Part shown: piece by piece, positions 25,043 through 29,049 of the stretch
Layout: each line of letters opens with the position of its first letter
Numbering within the stretch: the stretch's first letter is position 1
Origin: Trypethelium eluteriae
Taxonomy: Eukaryota
Direction: 5' to 3'
Assembly (NCBI GenBank): GCA_051942245.1
Contig: JAVECL010000028.1
Span: 62,001-91,049, forward strand
Length of the DNA: 29,049 nucleotides
The notes under the pieces: generated by a model
Databases searched by the model: none
What the model saw: the letters and a program-made list of their open reading frames with translations, nothing else
Told to the model about the DNA's origin: nothing
Made by a program: the position numbers and the translations under genes

Positions 25043-28000
25043 TATCCGAGAGGATCGCACGAACGAACCATGATTCGTCCCGATCGGGCTAGGGTTGGGG
25101 TATCGCTAGACCCGTTCGGGCGGGCCAAAGGGGTTCTTTCGCGGTGTCCGTAGGGTTCATTCATTCACTCTTCCACCCCGGTTACTGGAGGCAAACACGG
25201 TATCAATCGCGTCGCACGATCCAGGAGAACCCGATTTCCGTCTCAGATTACAGAAATAGAAGCGTGGAAGAAGAGTGCGAGAGATCCTCATGACTGTAGT
25301 GATGGAGTTCTGCTGGAATGCACGGACCGCGACCGCCGCAGTAGGAGGAACATCAAAACGACGACAAGCAGCAGCAACCGCCCCCGAACGTACTGTTACT
25401 GTAGAAGAGGCTGAACAGCAGCTTTATTATCTCCGGCGATATCATATTCTTATCTGTCGGCAACATGCAACTGGAATTGAGAATTTACAAACACATCTCC
25501 GCGACCACCACACACTCCCGATTGACGTACGGACAGCACTTGTTGAGAAATACCGTCATCAATGGATCAAAAAGCCCAAGGAAGTGGATCAGCCGCCGCC
25601 GATGTGCCCGCCATTTTCGATACTGGGTCCGCCGTTGGAAGGGTTTCATTGTACCGTCACAACGTGTGACTATCTGACGGTCAATCAAGACGCGCTACGG
25701 ATACATCGAAAACAAAAACACCGCTTATCGTGGTGTAAAAAGGACGTGGATAGCTACTTTGAACGAGTTTCTCTACAGACGTTTTTTTGAGCGGGTGCAC
25801 AGCGGCGATACTTTACCGTTCAAGCAAGTCACACTAGTGCACTATCTGAGCAGCAAGCAACCGTCGATTCTCTTTTGGATGAATGGAAAAGCACACAAGA
25901 ACGAGTGGAGCAAGAGGCACAGGTGGTCGATGCAGAAGTAGCCAAAAATGACCGAACTGGCTGGTATAATCGAACGGGTTGGCCGTCACATCTGGCGAAC
26001 CGAAACCGTCGATATCTAGCTGCTGCAATCCGGCTCCCGGAAAAGAATGAAACTAAGCTACAACGAGCGGCTCGAGCAGTTGAGCGGGCAGTGGAGCAGG
26101 GGGTCCGAGGATTGTCGACATTGGCTCGAGAAACGCGGCGCTGGCTGCGGAGTGCGAAGCGCGAAGAGGTCGATCAACGGCCGTTGGCGCGACTGCAGAA
26201 CATTGAGAGTCAGCAACGATATACTGGGTATCTTGTCATGTTTGTCTGCTATACACTCCGGATTATTCAGAATGAAGAAGAGCGGGAGCAACAACAACAA
26301 AATGACAGCGATAGAGAGCACAGCGAGGAAGAGAGTGAAAGTGACGAGATGAGTGACGATGAATCTGGTTCTGGTTCTGATGTCAGTCTCACTCGTGCTG
26401 GTTCTCGCCGGGAGGATGAGAGACCGGATCACTTTCAAGATGCCCGTGAGATGTTTCCGTGGCAAGGAGCACAGAAAGAGTTGGTGACGTCGCTGTGGCA
26501 GCGGTTAGATGAAGCAAATGAACAGGAGCATATTAGCAGTCTCTTTGCAGTGCTGCAGTCGTTTATTTTAACAACAACTGGGGATAACCCGTTTACGAGT
26601 GGATTGATTCATTTTTTAGCTGTTCTTGGGATTGATAGAGAGATGGATCGACTGCGGACAGCAAAAAGCTATTCGTACATGCTCACTAGTGTGGTCTACT
26701 GTGTGCGGGTGGTTGCTGTTGAGATTTTGCTGCCGTCGAGTGAACGGGAGTGGCAGGGAGATGAACAACGGGCGTACTTTCTGAACGAACGTAAACAATA
26801 CTTAGTCGACGGGTCGTACAGTCCGATGAGCGAAATGCTTAGTCTACTCGCATATGGCAAAGCCATTGGATTGAATACTGGTAACGCAGGGCAAACGCAA
26901 TGGTCACAAGATGGCAAACAGTTTTACATTCATGGACGACCGGTCGTGATTCAACGGTTTCAATAGATAGCACAAGATCTTGTGCACAAAGTGGAAGATG
27001 GTCTTTGGGAAAAACTGATGTGGGTAACAGACCATACGGCGCGGTTTACTATTCCGATGGAGCAGTTGGTCGACGATGTCACATTCACACGGCGAGGAGT
27101 CTCAGTGGTCAACCGAGCTGGAAATCAACTCGAGGGGGGGCTGAAGTGGATGCTGGAACAGATGTTGAGGAGTCCGACTGGACAAGACATGCGGTCACAA
27201 GGTGGGCAGTGGAAGCGACGAGATGTACGGCGATACTTACGTCAAGTCGAGCAGTGGCTGGAACAGCTGCTCGCAAGCGTACACATCACATCCGGACAAC
27301 CGGCACGGGGGACCGAAATCACAACAATGCGGCATCGCAACAGCTTTTTACAGGATCGCAACATTTTTGTGGTGGATGGGCAAGTGATGACCGTGATCCG
27401 GTATCATAAATCACAGTCACAATGGGACAAACCAAAGATTGTGCCCCGTTTTTTGCCGGTACAGCTAGGGCATACAATGGTGATTTATCTGGCGTATGTG
27501 CAGCGGTGGGTAGAATATCTCCGAGTACAAGTGTTGGGTGAGACCGGTAGGGACTATGATTACATATGGGCTGATGAGCGGGGCCCGTGGGATACGGGTC
27601 GTATGACACGTATTATTAAGCACGAGACAGCAAAGCGGTTGGGGGCGACATTGACGACACTAGACTATCGACATGTCGCTGTAGGCATTGGACGGCGGAT
27701 GGTGGGGGAGCAATTTAGTCGGGGGTATCAGGATGACGTCGGAGAAGGGGAAGAAGCTGAAGTGGAAAAAGAAGAGGGCGAGAGTGTGCTGGAGCTGCAA
27801 AGTACTCGTACGACACAGATTGGGATCAACAACTACAGTGTTCCGGTTGACATTGTCAAACATTTGAGTGAGCGATCGATCGAGGTCTTTCGGCCGTTGA
27901 GTGAACAGTGGCATCAGTTTTTAGGGCTTACTATGGACCGGGATCGACAACAAAAGCCGAGGCGAGAGATTCAAGATCAAATGACTGGGCCGGGAATTAA

Positions 28001-29049
28001 GCAAACAAGAATAACAGTGAAGAAGAATAGCGGTATGAAAATCGAGAGAGAGGAACAGATGGAAGTGGGAGCAGATGCCGAGCAGAGGGCGGAAGGGATT
28101 GATAGAGGACGCATTGGGAATCAACGACCGTACGACACGACCGAACCCCCGATCGATTCGGATCGCTACAACAAACGAGTCAAACGGATTGAACACACGG
28201 ATATGGCAATACAGCAGGCACTGCAGCAAGTACTGGGTGGTCCGGATGCGCAGTTTAAATCAGTGGAACAAGGTCAAGCAATCCGGGCAGTTGTCGCTGG
28301 GGTGACGCCGCTCGTGGTTGTTTTACCGACAGGGGGAGGAAAGAGCTTATTATTTATGGTGCCGGCACGATTAGCGGATGCTGGGGTCACGGTGGTGGTG
28401 GTCCCGTTTCGAGCGTTAATTGGGGATTTATTACAGCGGCTGGCAGGAGCTGGGATTGAGGCGATTGAGTGGCAGTACGGACAGACGGATCCGGCGGCGG
28501 TGGTGGTTGTCAGTGCGGATATTGCTGGGGACGATGGATTTTTGGGGTATGCGCGTGTGTTACAGCACAAGCAGCTACTGCGACGGGTGGTCATTGATGA
28601 GTGTCATTTGATTTTTACCGCAAGCAAGTGGCGATGGAAGCTGGCGGAGCTGAAGCAGCTTCGGGTGCTGGGATGTCCGCTGGTACTGCTGACGGCAATA
28701 CTTCCGCCGGGGTTGGAAGAAGAGTTGGGTGATAGTATGCACATCCGGTGTGCACAATATATTCGGGCAAGCACGGTTTGAGCGAATATTCGATATACAG
28801 TGTCGTGGTGTGAGGATGGTACAGGATATAAGACGGCGGTAGGGATATGTCGTCGGCAGACTCGATGGTTGACGGAGGGACGGAGAGGGGTGGTATATTG
28901 TAAGAGCCGGGCATAATGTGAAGCAGTCGCAGCGGAGCTGGCATGTGGACATTATTACGCGGGGGTGGTGGATTGATAGGAGCAGGTGGATAGATGGCTA
29001 TAAGGCGGGGGTTGGATGGTGGCAATATCCGCGCTAGGGACGGGGGTAG
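25040..29049 (+). mobile_element. Copy 3 of the element: least mutated, runs off the window end
   Basis: Same left end (CCCTATCCGAGAGGATCGCACGAAC) as copy 2. It retains CpG/CpA sites lost in copies 1-2 and contains one long reading frame. Confidence 0.9.
25290..29049 (+). pseudogene. Telomere-linked-helicase-type gene: DUF3505/OrsD-like Zn finger + tyrosine-recombinase-like region + RecQ helicase, interrupted by point stops
   Basis: ORFs 25275, 25875 and 26982 and the tail after 28781 are in one frame, with stops at 25788, 26964, 28779, 28914, 28974, 28977 and 29001. N-terminal motifs: LICRQH...HLRDHH, C-x4-C...H-x4-H, QTFF*...RYF. Helicase motifs: LPTGGGKS (28323), VVVPFRALI, VIDECH (28590), GVVYCKSR, VA(I)SALGTG. 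The start codon is uncertain. Confidence 0.88.

Noticed and set aside
18734..25150. Three recurring ~100-bp structured repeats as a CRISPR-like array or ncRNA genes
   Set aside because: Eukaryotic context, ~3.1-kb spacing, and the intervening DNA is itself repeated. They are element ends.
25788..26966. Stops at 25788 and 26964 as programmed readthrough or separate genes
   Set aside because: Both are single C>T changes from CGA/CAG, the first splits the QTFF..RYF motif, and the frame continues unchanged. RIP is the simpler explanation.
25040..29049. Starship captain (DUF3435) or Helitron
   Set aside because: The helicase is RecQ/SF2 (DECH), not Pif1, and no HUH Rep motifs are seen. The DUF3505-like N-terminus and helicase fusion do not fit a captain.

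Overview
Filamentous ascomycete (Pezizomycotina-like) genomic DNA with short spliceosomal introns, in two parts. Bases 1-17.5 kb are gene-dense: the 3' end of a probable Zn2Cys6-type transcription factor, a secreted tannase/feruloyl esterase, a small SPT-subunit-like (DUF3317) gene divergent from PEX1, RIB4 (lumazine synthase), a secreted cupredoxin, and a divergent FAD monooxygenase / MFS transporter pair. From ~17.5 kb to the end is a repeat compartment: a probable RIP-killed pseudogene, then three head-to-tail copies (starting ~18729, 21933, 25040) of one element. Its reading frame encodes a DUF3505/OrsD-like Zn-finger region, a region with tyrosine-recombinase-like motifs, and a RecQ helicase (telomere-linked helicase type). 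The copies share one sharp, structured, CpG-rich left end and show a left-to-right gradient of RIP damage (heavy, moderate, light). Copies 1 and 2 are truncated just before the helicase, and their junctions carry inverted repeats and a 79-bp TG...CA mini-element. The most interesting hypothesis is that this helicase gene is a self-mobile tyrosine-recombinase/RecQ element with a defined end. All family calls are from motif recognition by eye; no searches were run.
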